NCBI GenBank assembly: GCA_036513255.1
Contig: DATBZH010000037.1
Span: 15,542-79,541 of the forward strand
Direction: 5' to 3'
DNA length: 64,000 nt
Origin: Candidatus Sulfotelmatobacter sp.
GTDB lineage: Bacteria > Acidobacteriota > Terriglobia > Terriglobales > Acidobacteriaceae
Positions 1 through 9,099 of this stretch are shown piece by piece (position 1 is the first letter of the stretch; each line of letters opens with the position of its first letter). Made by a program: the position numbers and the translations under genes. The notes under the pieces are model-generated. The model had not been told where the DNA came from. It made no database searches and saw only the letters and a list, made by a program, of their open reading frames with translations.

Positions 1-219
1 GAGCGCGCTTTGATTCGAATGATGGCCGGAGCCGACTGTGCCGGTGCCCATGGCGAGGCGGCTGGTCTTGATGCCGGTGCTGCCGAGAGTGACGGTATCG
101 GTGGCGGAGAATTTTCCGGCCGACGGCTGCGCGGCAATGGCGTCGAGGATCGTTTTTGAAGTGAGCCACATGGCTCCGATGCCGGTGGCAGAGCGAATGA
201 GGAATTCGCGGCGTTGCAT
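1..219 (-). CDS. aldo/keto reductase-like protein, N-terminal part only (3' end outside window), twin-arginine leader
   Basis: Hand translation of the minus strand from the ATG at 219-217 gives MQRREFLIRSATGIGAMWLTSKTILDAIAAQPSAGKFSATDTVTLGSTGIKTSRLAMGTGTVGSGHH. It has an RR leader and an LGxTGxxxSxLxxGT motif typical of aldo/keto reductases. A GGAGG lies 6 nt upstream. It is absent from the ORF track because the stop lies outside the window. Confidence 0.55.
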   Translation of the reverse strand, partial: MQRREFLIRSATGIGAMWLTSKTILDAIAAQPSAGKFSATDTVTLGSTGIKTSRLAMGTGTVGSGHHSNQSAL

Positions 220-316
220 GGGGAACCTCCAAGTGCGGAATTCGGACCTCGAACCCACGTGATTTTACTAGGCTACACCCGAGACGCGGATGCGGTCGCT
301 GGCTTTTTATTGCCGC

Positions 317-370
317 GAAAAAAATTCTTTACCACAGAGGGCACCTGGGGATTTCATAGGGTTGCACAGA
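317..370. repeat. REP-like intergenic element, TTTACCAC type (copy 1)
   Basis: GAAAAAAATTCTTTACCACAGAGGGCACCTGGGGATTTCATAGGGTTGCACAGA resembles the copy at 2510-2565 (GAAAGAAAACCTTTACCACTGAGGCGCACAGGGATGTCGCAGAGGAAACACAGAGG). Confidence 0.6.
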
Positions 371-378
371 TAAATTTT

Positions 379-1059
379 CTATTCGAATTGTTTGCGGAAC
401 GTGGCTAGTTGCTGCTGGAGGGTAGAGACTTCTTCGCGCAGGCCGGCTACTTCTTGTTCCAGATGAGCGAGGCGGTTGGCAGTACTGGCATTCGCAGGTG
501 AGAGTCCGTCCTCAGATTGTCGAAGGGGCGCCATCGCTACACTCGCTTGTGTTTCAGAATCCACTTCCGGTTCGCCGCTAAGCAGATGCATGTAGCGGGA
601 TTCTTTTGTTCCCGGCTGGCGTGGAAGAATTCTTGCCAGCGCAGGATCACGCTGACTTAGACGATCGAGTGTGGAGACCACATCTTCGAGGGCTTCGAAG
701 TGATACATGCGGTCAGCGCGGCTGCGGAGTTCGCCGGGAGTTTGCGGGCCGCGAAGAAGCAGCACGCAGAGGACGGCGATCTCGCGCCGATCGAAGTTGA
801 AAACTTCCTGAAGGCGATGTTCGTACTTGGTGACGCGGCTGTCGGCTCCGCCGGTGGGTCCGGCGAGACGTTTTTCCTGCAGAGTGCTTAGGGCTTCGCG
901 GACGGTTTGTTCGTCGAAGTAAGTGACCGGCTCGCGATTGTTTTTTTGATTACAGGCGTTGACCAGGGCGTTGAGGGATAGCGGGTAGTAGTCCGGCGTG
1001 GTGATGTCTTTTTCAATCAGGGAGCCGAGGACGCGGGTTTCGATTTCGGTGAGGATCAT
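379..1059 (-). CDS. yceH: YceH-like DUF480 family protein
   Basis: 226-aa ORF. The N-terminus MILTEIETRVLGSLIEKDITTPDYYPLSLNALVNACNQKNNREP matches the DUF480/YceH signature as I remember it. The C-terminal tail looks coiled-coil. Confidence 0.8.
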   Translation of the reverse strand: MILTEIETRVLGSLIEKDITTPDYYPLSLNALVNACNQKNNREPVTYFDEQTVREALSTLQEKRLAGPTGGADSRVTKYEHRLQEVFNFDRREIAVLCVLLLRGPQTPGELRSRADRMYHFEALEDVVSTLDRLSQRDPALARILPRQPGTKESRYMHLLSGEPEVDSETQASVAMAPLRQSEDGLSPANASTANRLAHLEQEVAGLREEVSTLQQQLATFRKQFE

Positions 1060-1063
1060 AAGC

Positions 1064-1128
1064 GGTCGTTGGTCGATCGTCGTTGGTTATTCGCCAAAAC
1101 TTTATTGCCGTGTTTAACGACTAACGAT
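1064..1128. repeat. REP-like palindromic element, GGTCGTTGG / CGACTAACGA type (copy 1)
   Basis: GGTCGTTGGTCGATCGTCGTTGG ... TTAACGACTAACGAT. The arms are partly reverse-complementary. The same building blocks recur at 10487-10561. Confidence 0.6.
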
Positions 1129-1203
1129 ATTTTTGAGACCGGCATTTCGCGGGCGAGGGCGCACGCGTCACATTTAGTTCAAAATCTCCGCCCGCGCCGC
1201 TTT

Positions 1204-2049
1204 CTAGAACAACGCAGTAGGGCGGCGCTTCCAGGTCTTTCCTTTTTCTTGCGCTATTTTTTCCATGTCGGCGACGTAGGCACCGGATTGCGTTAGCACG
1301 TGGTGCAGGTCGTTGCCGATGCTGATGAAGGTAAATCCCTTCTCAAGAAATTCTCCTACACGCGCTGTACCGAACAGAAACAAGCCGAGAATGACGTTGT
1401 TCTTGTGGGCGTGTTCGATCAGCTTTTTGGTGGCGGCGTCGAGTTCAGGAGAAGTGTACATGTGCGGGAACTCGTATCTGTTGTAGAGGCCCATCGACAT
1501 GCAGAGATCGTTCTGGCCAAGGAAGAGAATGTCGACGCCGGGGACGGCGGCGATTTCGGCGATGTTTTCGATGCAGGATGCGGTTTCGACCTGCAGGGCG
1601 ACGATGCCGTCGTTGTTGAAGTTGCCGGCGTAGCCGAGAAGGCCATTCTTATTCATGCTGCGCTGCGGAAAATAAACGGAGCGAGTACCGACCGTGGGAT
1701 ATTTTGTGCAGCTTATCGCTTGGCGAGCTTCCTCGGCGGTGTTGATGTAGGGGACTAGGACGCCGTCTGCACCGAGGTCGAGGGCTTGCTGGATGCCGGG
1801 GCGGTCGTCGTATCCGCCGACGCGGACCAGAGATTTTGCGCCGCCGTTGGCGACCGCGCTGAGCATGGCGGAAAGCTTTTCGTAGTGCATGGGTCCGTGT
1901 TGCGTATCGACGAGGAGCCAGTCGTAGCCGCTGTGGGCGAGTTGCTCGGCGACGGTGGGGCTGTGGGCGTTGAGGAACAGGCCCATCTTGGGCGATCCGG
2001 AGCGCAGTTGCTTTTTGAATTCGGAACCGCTGAGGGCGGCGTCGGGCAT
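1204..2049 (-). CDS. HpcH/HpaI family aldolase
   Basis: 281 aa. GLFLNAHSPTVAEQLAHSGYDWLLVDTQHGP and VRVGGYDDRPGIQQALDLGADGVLVPYINTAEEA are typical of HpcH/HpaI 2-keto-3-deoxy-acid aldolases. Confidence 0.8.
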   Translation of the reverse strand: MPDAALSGSEFKKQLRSGSPKMGLFLNAHSPTVAEQLAHSGYDWLLVDTQHGPMHYEKLSAMLSAVANGGAKSLVRVGGYDDRPGIQQALDLGADGVLVPYINTAEEARQAISCTKYPTVGTRSVYFPQRSMNKNGLLGYAGNFNNDGIVALQVETASCIENIAEIAAVPGVDILFLGQNDLCMSMGLYNRYEFPHMYTSPELDAATKKLIEHAHKNNVILGLFLFGTARVGEFLEKGFTFISIGNDLHHVLTQSGAYVADMEKIAQEKGKTWKRRPTALF

Positions 2050-2148
2050 GGAAATCCTCCTGGGAATGAGAAGAGGTAGTTTAACTCAGGCGATGGTTCG
2101 GTGGTTTCGGCTTGATATAGTGGAGCGTCGTCGACTGAAAGGGCTTCC

Positions 2149-2499
2149 ATGCGATTGCTTTTGAAATGGCTATTGAGCGGGCTCGCAGTTTGGATTGTGG
2201 CGCAGGTGGTCCCGGGAATCTATGTGAGCGGAGTATTTTCCGCGCTGATTGCCGCGCTGGTGATTGGCTTTGTTAACGCGACGATCGGTGCCGTGCTGAA
2301 GATTCTGACGTTTCCTTTGACTTTAATTACGCTGGGGCTGTTCTGGTTTGTGATCAATGCGTTGATGTTGAAATTTGCTTCGGCGCTGGTGCCTGGGTTT
2401 CAGGTGCGCGGATTCTTCGCGGCATTTGTGGGCGCAATTGTGTTGAGTCTCGTGAATATGATGCTCCGCTGGCTGGTCGATCCGCGGCATGAGGGATGA
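2149..2499 (+). CDS. small 4-TM membrane protein (phage holin family IV / YvlD-like)
   Basis: 116 aa and almost entirely hydrophobic, with four helices. The pattern (VPGIYVSG...LIAALVIGFVNATIGAVLKILTFPLTLITLGLFWFVINALML) resembles PF04020-type proteins. Confidence 0.6.
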   Translation: MRLLLKWLLSGLAVWIVAQVVPGIYVSGVFSALIAALVIGFVNATIGAVLKILTFPLTLITLGLFWFVINALMLKFASALVPGFQVRGFFAAFVGAIVLSLVNMMLRWLVDPRHEG

Positions 2500-2509
2500 G
2501 GCTGGCTGC

Positions 2510-2565
2510 GAAAGAAAACCTTTACCACTGAGGCGCACAGGGATGTCGCAGAGGAAACACAGAGG
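2510..2565. repeat. REP-like intergenic element, TTTACCAC type (copy 2)
   Basis: See 317-370. The shared head is GAAA(A/G)AAA..CTTTACCAC(A/T)GAGG and the shared tail is CACAGA. Confidence 0.6.
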
Positions 2566-2647
2566 TTAGAAACTTCGCAATTTAGGCCCCATGTCTCGCC
2601 ACGGCGGCGGGGCATGGGGCTTTACTTTTTTGCTGGCTATTCTTAGA

Positions 2648-4228
2648 TCATTTGGAGAGCAGGCCGAAGACGCCGACCCCGTTGGTTGTTCCTACATACA
2701 CTTTGCCATTGGCGATTGTCGGGGTGATGAATTTGTTGCCGTCGCCGAAGTTATCGCGTCCACCCGATGCCTGGTTGGTGTTGTAGAGTTCCGTCAGAGT
2801 GCTGGGAGCGTAGGCGTGCAGAACCGCGGGATTTGTATTTTCGGTCGCCCAAAGAATTGAGTTGGCCCCGTTGTTGGACGATACGCTGAGCGTCGCTCCG
2901 GGGAAGGCGAAAGTGTTGACGGACTTCGCAGCCGGGGCAGTGAGCAGCTTGGCATTTTTGAATTGAAAGGCGAAAATTGGCGACCCCACGGGGCCGTAAT
3001 AGAGCCGGCCGTTATAGTAAGCGGGACTGGCCCACAGGCCGCCAGGCAAAGCTCCGGCGAGTTCCTGATAAATCTTGTTGCTGCCGGAGTTGAACTTTCC
3101 CATCGAGTTTCGATTTATGAGATAAAGATTGCCATCTTTGCCCGCGCCCGCCGTAAGTTGCCACGTCGTGCCGGCAGAATCCTTTTGATCGGGCAGAAGA
3201 AGAGCACCGCCCGAGCCCAGGTCTACGTCGCCGTCATTTTCGCTTTGCTCGTTATCCATCTCGAAGTAGTCCACTACCGACAGCCCGCCTTTCGTGGAAA
3301 GCCTGAGGAAAGCGTTGCCATAGTCGCCGCTCGTGGGAAAGCCGGAAGAATTCAGCTTGGTGTCAAAGAGTCCATTGGCATCGAGCACAAACATGTTCCC
3401 GCTGTTATCGAGCGTGAGGCCGGCGCCGGAGCCCCAGATGGCGCCTTCGTTGCCGTTGGGGGTTAGGTTGAGTACGTAAGTCTGGGTAAGTTTGGTCGAA
3501 TTGTAGGCCATGATCCATCCGGTGTAGGGGCGAATGTCGCAGTGCGAAGCCCAAGTCAGATAAACCGTTCCATTCGACAGCAGCAGCCCGGAGCGTTCTT
3601 TGTATTGCGAAGGATCGAAGATCACATAGCCGCCCGAACTGTTGTCACCCGTGCCCGGATATTTCGCGGAGATGTCGACCGGGCCCTTGTAGAGCTCAGC
3701 ACCGCTGGCGGCGTCGAGCGCGTGCAGGCGCTGGTGATAAGCGCCGGAAGAATCCTTGGACATGGCGACGGTGTAGATGACTCCGTTGGAGCCGACGGGG
3801 CGCGCGATGACGGGAGTCGAGGTGATTCCGATCTCGGGCTCGACCTGGCTGCAGCCGCGATCGTCGGAAGTAGTTTCACCGGATTTGAGTGCGGTGACAT
3901 GCCAATAGGGTGCGCCGGAATCGGCGTCGAAAGCATAGACACTATCGTGTTCGGTGGCCACGATGAGCACGTTGTGCGTTCCTCCGGCAATCGTGACGGC
4001 GGAAAGATAGAGAGGCTGGGCGTCGACTTTGCCGTCGACGGAAAGAACGAACAGTTTGCCGAAGGTGCTTGCGGTTACGTTGCTGGGTGTCAGGATGGTT
4101 TCTTTGGCATCGAGGGCGGTACGGGCATTATTGTTGCGGTAGGTGAGGACATCTTGAGAGTGGGCTGGAATTGCGACGGCCACTGCGGCTAACAGGATGA
4201 GAGTAGGGGAGAACTTACATGCTTTCAT
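2648..4228 (-). CDS. secreted PQQ-like beta-propeller repeat protein
   Basis: 526 aa with a signal peptide (MKACKFSPTLILLAAVAVAIPAHSQ). Repeated Gly/aromatic beta-propeller-like blades run through the protein. No catalytic motif was recognised. Confidence 0.55.
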   Translation of the reverse strand: MKACKFSPTLILLAAVAVAIPAHSQDVLTYRNNNARTALDAKETILTPSNVTASTFGKLFVLSVDGKVDAQPLYLSAVTIAGGTHNVLIVATEHDSVYAFDADSGAPYWHVTALKSGETTSDDRGCSQVEPEIGITSTPVIARPVGSNGVIYTVAMSKDSSGAYHQRLHALDAASGAELYKGPVDISAKYPGTGDNSSGGYVIFDPSQYKERSGLLLSNGTVYLTWASHCDIRPYTGWIMAYNSTKLTQTYVLNLTPNGNEGAIWGSGAGLTLDNSGNMFVLDANGLFDTKLNSSGFPTSGDYGNAFLRLSTKGGLSVVDYFEMDNEQSENDGDVDLGSGGALLLPDQKDSAGTTWQLTAGAGKDGNLYLINRNSMGKFNSGSNKIYQELAGALPGGLWASPAYYNGRLYYGPVGSPIFAFQFKNAKLLTAPAAKSVNTFAFPGATLSVSSNNGANSILWATENTNPAVLHAYAPSTLTELYNTNQASGGRDNFGDGNKFITPTIANGKVYVGTTNGVGVFGLLSK

Positions 4229-4415
4229 TACGAAACCCTTCTTGATCTAAATTCGGGAAGTGGCGTGACGGGTGGCGATGGGTTAGTTGCAGAAATTCGC
4301 CAAGAGGAAGCCGATGCCGATATTTTCTGAATAAAACCTCGAAGTATTATGGAATGATGGAATCCAGGAAGCAATAATCGAAGGGACATAACGGCGGTCT
4401 CAGAGCTAGCGGCTT

Positions 4416-4658
4416 ATGAATCAGATGACAACCATGGCTCAACTGGGAAGGCTGTTTGTTGTCTTCGGAGCGACTTTAATGGGAGTGGGCGTCGGTTTGT
4501 TGTTGCTGGGAAGAACCGACCTTCCGCTGGGCCATCTGCCGGGGGATATTGCTTATCGCGGGAAGAACTCGACGATTTATTTCCCGCTGGCAACTTCCAT
4601 TTTGTTGAGCGTAGTGATTTCGATTGTGCTGTATGTGATTGGCAGGGTGCGGAGATAG
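4416..4658 (+). CDS. DUF2905 family small membrane protein
   Basis: 80 aa. LPLGHLPGDIAYRGKNSTIYFPLATSILLSVVISIVLY matches the DUF2905 signature (PGDI...FYFP). Confidence 0.7.
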   Translation: MNQMTTMAQLGRLFVVFGATLMGVGVGLLLLGRTDLPLGHLPGDIAYRGKNSTIYFPLATSILLSVVISIVLYVIGRVRR

Positions 4659-4672
4659 GGCCAAGTCGAACT

Positions 4673-5188
4673 CTATTTTCTGGTGAGTTTCACGCGGGCG
4701 AAGGGCGTCAGCTTGCCGCCGACTTCGTTGTCCATAAGCCACTGCCAGGTGCCGGTATTCTTGTTGTAGGAGAAAGCTGTGTGGATGCTGCTTCCGTCCG
4801 GGCTGTTGAACAGGAATGCGATTTCGTCGCCGTTGCGTTTGCCGTGACCCATGGTCTGGGCTGAGAGGCCGCCACCGCTTGTCGAATCCAGCCACAGGCA
4901 TTTATATTCGCCGGACGATTCGTTCCATTCGATAAAGACGATGGCTTCATACGCGGGCTGGCCTTGGGCATTCTTTTCGCGCGAGGTTTCATGCATGCGC
5001 ACATACTCGCGGTTCAACACCCAGTCGGATTCGATATCGTGCGTCGTCTGGCGACCGGCGATCGTGCCCTGAAGAATCCAACGGCCTGTCATGCGATCCA
5101 GCAGCGGATCAGGGCGGGTTGGCTGTTGCCCGGAAACGACCAACGAAAGTAGGGCGATCAAGGCAAAGATTGTAACGGTGCTTTTCAT
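4673..5188 (-). CDS. secreted DUF1579-like protein
   Basis: 171 aa with a signal peptide. MTGRWILQGTIAG...YEAIVFIEWNESSGEYKCLWLDSTSGGG resembles DUF1579. A second DUF1579-like gene lies at 48005-48532. Confidence 0.5.
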   Translation of the reverse strand: MKSTVTIFALIALLSLVVSGQQPTRPDPLLDRMTGRWILQGTIAGRQTTHDIESDWVLNREYVRMHETSREKNAQGQPAYEAIVFIEWNESSGEYKCLWLDSTSGGGLSAQTMGHGKRNGDEIAFLFNSPDGSSIHTAFSYNKNTGTWQWLMDNEVGGKLTPFARVKLTRK

Positions 5189-5257
5189 TGCGGAATCTCC
5201 CGCGCCTTGAAAATGATTACCGTTCTTACATTTCTATTTCACATTTCTATTTCAAAT

Positions 5258-7489
5258 CTATTTTAAATTGATCGTGTCTTTCAACGGCAGGTTTTGCGAA
5301 GAGCCGCCGACCATGAATGTGTAATCTCCGGGGGCGATTTGCCAGGCATTTTTGTCGACGTTAAAGATGCTGAGGTACAGGGGATCAATGTCGACGGTTA
5401 CCTTTTTGCTCTCGCCGGGATTGAGTTTGACTTTGCTAAAGCCGACCAGGCGCTTGGGTGGTTCGCCGGCGCTGTCGGGGAGGGCGGCATAAACTTCAGC
5501 GATCTCCGCTCCGGGGCGGCTGCCGGAGTTGGTCAGAGTGAAACGTACGCTCACGTTTGTCCCGGGGCTAAGCTTGAGAGCGGAGTAGGAATACGTTGTG
5601 TAGGACAGGCCATGACCAAAGGGGAAAAGGACTTGCTTGTGTTCGGCGTCATACCATTTGTAGCCTACCTTGAGACCTTCGTTGTAGGTGGTTTGGAAGG
5701 CGGGAAGACCTTTCAGGATTTCTTCCCAATCGCGAGGGCCGCCGTGGGAAAGCGAATGGGCGGGCGGCTTGACGATGGTGGGATGAGGAAGATCGGCGTC
5801 GCTGACCGGAAAAGTGATGGGCAACTTCGCGCTGGGGTTGACCTCGCCGAAAAGAATATTGGCGACGGCTTCGGCGCCGCGGCTGCCCGCGTACCAGGCT
5901 TCGAGAATCGCGGCGGGTGCGCCGACCCACGGCATGGTCACGGGGCTTCCGGTTTCAAGGACAACTATGGTGTGCGGGTTGGCGGCCGCGACTTGAGCGA
6001 TTAAATCGTCCTGCTTTTCGGGAAGCGAGAGGCTGTCGAGATCCATGCCTTCGCTTTCCCACTGATATACGAAGATAATGGCGACGTCGGCGGTTTTGGC
6101 CAGAGCAGCGGCGATTGCGGGATCCGCACCCGAATCGAAGGAGACGGTCGCGCCTGGAACTTTGGCTTTGATGGAACGCAGCGGAGACGTGGGAAACCAG
6201 ATGTGATCCTGCCAGTGAGTGCGTCCCTGGCCGGGGGGCATAATTGCATTGCCGCCGGGAGGATCGACCTGCGCTGAGCCTCCGCCGGAAATCATGCCTA
6301 CGTCGGCGTGAGGACCGATTACCGCGATGCTGTGAATCTTCGAAGCGTCGAGCGGAAGCGCATTTTCGTTCTTCAGCAGAACCATGCTTCCTTCGGCAAT
6401 TTTCTGAGCGATGTCCAGGTCGCGAGAAATGTCGATCACGCTTCTCTGCGGCGGATCGTCGATGACGCCGGTTGCGAACATCGAACGCAGAATTCGATGG
6501 ACGTGATCGTCCAATTGCGACATGGGAATCTGCTTGGATTCCACGGCCTGCTTGAATTTATCGGAATAGAAATACCAGTTGGGCTCTTCGTGATCGAGTC
6601 CGGCGGCGGAAGCTTTGGCGACGCTGTGAGTGCCTCCCCAGTCGGAGAGGACGAAGCCGGGGAAATGCCAGTCGTTTTTTAGAACGTCGGTGAGCAGGTA
6701 ACTGTTTTCGCAGGCGTAGTCGCCGTTGATGCGGTTGTAGGAGCACATGACGGCGGCGGCGTGAGAGGCCTGCAATCCGATTTCAAATGCGAGGAGATCG
6801 CTTTCGCGCATAGAACGCTTGTCGATGTTGGCGTTGACGGCGTTGCGTCCGCTCTCCTGGTCGTTCATGGCGTAGTGCTTGATGTCACCGATGACGTGCT
6901 GGGCCTGGAGTCCGGTCATAACGGAGCCGACCATCTTTCCGGCGAGGACGGGATCTTCGCCTTGATATTCGAAGGTCCGGCCGTTGCGCGGTTCACGTGT
7001 GAGGTTGACGCCCCCGCCGAGAGTCATGTTGTAGCCCTGGGCGCGAAGTTCTGTGCCGATGAGCGCGCCGTATTGATAAGCGGCGTCGAGATCCCAACTG
7101 GAGGCGGCTCCGAGATCGGAAGGTAGCGCGGTGGAGTAGCGGCCGTTCTCTCCGCTGGCGCGGACACCGTAGGCGGCGTCGGATATTTGAATCGGAGGAA
7201 TGCCGAGGCGCTCAACTCCGACGACATAGCCAGCGCCGCCGTCAGACATCACGTGCAGCGGGCTAAGCGGGCCAAGGCCTGCCATGCCGGTGCCGTGGAG
7301 CATGCCGATTTTTTCGTCGAGAGTCATTTCTTTGAGGACCATGGAAGCACGATCGTCGGGCGAGAGACTGGAGTTCATCCACGGGAATGGCGGATGGTCT
7401 TTGGAAGCGGATTGGGAAAATGCGGAAGCGGTGAAAAGCAACGCAACGAGAAGTACGGCGACCAAATTGGAGAGCGAACGCAGGGGCAT
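5258..7489 (-). CDS. bglX: glycoside hydrolase family 3 beta-glucosidase
   Basis: 743 aa with a signal peptide. It has the GH3 motifs KHYAMNDQE and FVLSDWGG (nucleophile Asp) and a C-terminal fibronectin-like domain. Confidence 0.9.
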   Translation of the reverse strand: MPLRSLSNLVAVLLVALLFTASAFSQSASKDHPPFPWMNSSLSPDDRASMVLKEMTLDEKIGMLHGTGMAGLGPLSPLHVMSDGGAGYVVGVERLGIPPIQISDAAYGVRASGENGRYSTALPSDLGAASSWDLDAAYQYGALIGTELRAQGYNMTLGGGVNLTREPRNGRTFEYQGEDPVLAGKMVGSVMTGLQAQHVIGDIKHYAMNDQESGRNAVNANIDKRSMRESDLLAFEIGLQASHAAAVMCSYNRINGDYACENSYLLTDVLKNDWHFPGFVLSDWGGTHSVAKASAAGLDHEEPNWYFYSDKFKQAVESKQIPMSQLDDHVHRILRSMFATGVIDDPPQRSVIDISRDLDIAQKIAEGSMVLLKNENALPLDASKIHSIAVIGPHADVGMISGGGSAQVDPPGGNAIMPPGQGRTHWQDHIWFPTSPLRSIKAKVPGATVSFDSGADPAIAAALAKTADVAIIFVYQWESEGMDLDSLSLPEKQDDLIAQVAAANPHTIVVLETGSPVTMPWVGAPAAILEAWYAGSRGAEAVANILFGEVNPSAKLPITFPVSDADLPHPTIVKPPAHSLSHGGPRDWEEILKGLPAFQTTYNEGLKVGYKWYDAEHKQVLFPFGHGLSYTTYSYSALKLSPGTNVSVRFTLTNSGSRPGAEIAEVYAALPDSAGEPPKRLVGFSKVKLNPGESKKVTVDIDPLYLSIFNVDKNAWQIAPGDYTFMVGGSSQNLPLKDTINLK

Positions 7490-7742
7490 GAATGATCCTC
7501 ATTGTTGTTTCGTTTCTACTTGCTAGGACGTTTTGTTGCCTTGAAGTTGACCCGGAAAATCTGTGCCAAATCGATAATGTTAACGCTTTTTGGCGATTAG
7601 TGCTTGATAGCGGGCGGCGCGGCTCGTGATGGCTTCGGGAAGATTGACGGCGTTGGCGGGCGAGGGCGCCCGCCCCACACACAGGTCACTATCGGCGTTC
7701 TGTTAGCATGGTTCGCTCTCGATCCCTATCGCTGGAGTCGCC

Positions 7743-9059
7743 ATGAACTTGACCGGACGCCGGGCTTTCCTGCGCAACGCTGCAAGCACCGCAGCACTCA
7801 CTCTCACTGCACGAATTTCGACTTTTGGCCGCACCCGCAGCCTCAGAGTTTCCGCATCAATGCCTTCGGCGGCTGCTGCTGGAGCAGGTTTGCCGGATCG
7901 CCTGGATCCCGATTGGTATCGGCGCAAAATCAGCCAGGTGCAGCAGGAGATGGAGCGTCGCAAACTGGATGCGCTGGTTCTCCTCGACTCCCATAATGTG
8001 ATTTATACGACGGGTTACTTCCATCTTTCCACCGAACGGCCGCTGGGCGTGTTGATCCCGAAATCCGGCGACCCGGCGCTGTTCGTTCCCGGTCTCGAGA
8101 GCGATCAGGTGAAGCTGTGGTGGGTGAAAGACTTTGAAGCCTACTTCGACTTTCCCGGCCCGGTGAACCGCGTGCGCTGGATTTTTGAGCGGGTGGCGCG
8201 GCGTGGCCTGGATAAGGGCCGCATTGGTATAGAGGAAGCTAAACCGAGCCGGATGCGTGAAATCAAGCTTGGCGCGCCGAACGCGGAGATCGTTGAGGCC
8301 GGTGATCTGATTGAGCACATGCGCTGGGTCAAAGATGAAGACGAGTTGAACATCATGCGCCGCGGCATGTATTTCTCCGATTTCTACGTTCAGGCTGGGC
8401 GTGACTATGTGCAAAATCATGGCGGCGTGACCGAAGACGAAATTCTCAAAAACGCAGCCGATGCACTCGCCGACAAGATGTCTTCAGAATTGAAAGCGGT
8501 GGTCGGCGTCAGTATCGATGCACCGTTCGGAGGACTGGTGCCGTTTGGCAAGCGTTCGGCGTTTCCTCATGCCGTTCCCAGCAAGGATCGGTTGAAAAAA
8601 GGAGACGCCCTTATCCTGAGCTACGGCACACAGGTTGGCGGTTACGCCGTGGAAGATGAGCGGTCGTTCGTGATCGGCAAGCCGACTGATTATGCCAAGC
8701 GGCTCTATGAGGCGATGCTGGCCGCGCATGACACCGGAGTAGAAAATATGAAAGAGGGCGCGATTGCCGAAGAGGTAGACAAGAAGAGCCTGGACCAGAT
8801 CCGCAAAGCGGGATTTGAAAAGTTCCTCAAGCACCGGACGGGGCACGGCATCGGCCTCGAAGGCCATGAATCTCCCTGGATCGCCGAGGGCGACAAGACT
8901 GTTCTGAAGCCGGGAATGACCTTCAGCTGCGAGCCCGGCGTCTACGATCCGGATTGGGGCGGGTTCCGTCACTCCGATACGGTCATCGTAGGTAAGGATA
9001 AGGGAGAGGTTATCAACAAATATCCCACGCGCCTCGAAGACATGGTGATTGAGATTTGA
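7743..9059 (+). CDS. M24 family Xaa-Pro peptidase with twin-arginine signal
   Basis: 438 aa. The TAT leader is MNLTGRRAFLRNAASTAAL. The creatinase/prolidase N-domain is followed by a pita-bread fold with HRTGHGIGLEGHE and FSCEPG motifs. Confidence 0.8.
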   Translation: MNLTGRRAFLRNAASTAALTLTARISTFGRTRSLRVSASMPSAAAAGAGLPDRLDPDWYRRKISQVQQEMERRKLDALVLLDSHNVIYTTGYFHLSTERPLGVLIPKSGDPALFVPGLESDQVKLWWVKDFEAYFDFPGPVNRVRWIFERVARRGLDKGRIGIEEAKPSRMREIKLGAPNAEIVEAGDLIEHMRWVKDEDELNIMRRGMYFSDFYVQAGRDYVQNHGGVTEDEILKNAADALADKMSSELKAVVGVSIDAPFGGLVPFGKRSAFPHAVPSKDRLKKGDALILSYGTQVGGYAVEDERSFVIGKPTDYAKRLYEAMLAAHDTGVENMKEGAIAEEVDKKSLDQIRKAGFEKFLKHRTGHGIGLEGHESPWIAEGDKTVLKPGMTFSCEPGVYDPDWGGFRHSDTVIVGKDKGEVINKYPTRLEDMVIEI

Positions 9060-9099
9060 AGAGCGTGGCCGGGCAGAAGCCCGTGCGCTTGAGGGCTCG

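Noticed and set aside
38-262. 74-aa +strand ORF at the left edge
   Set aside because: It is antisense to a much better minus-strand reading frame (a TAT-signal aldo/keto reductase-like N-terminus with GGAGG upstream).
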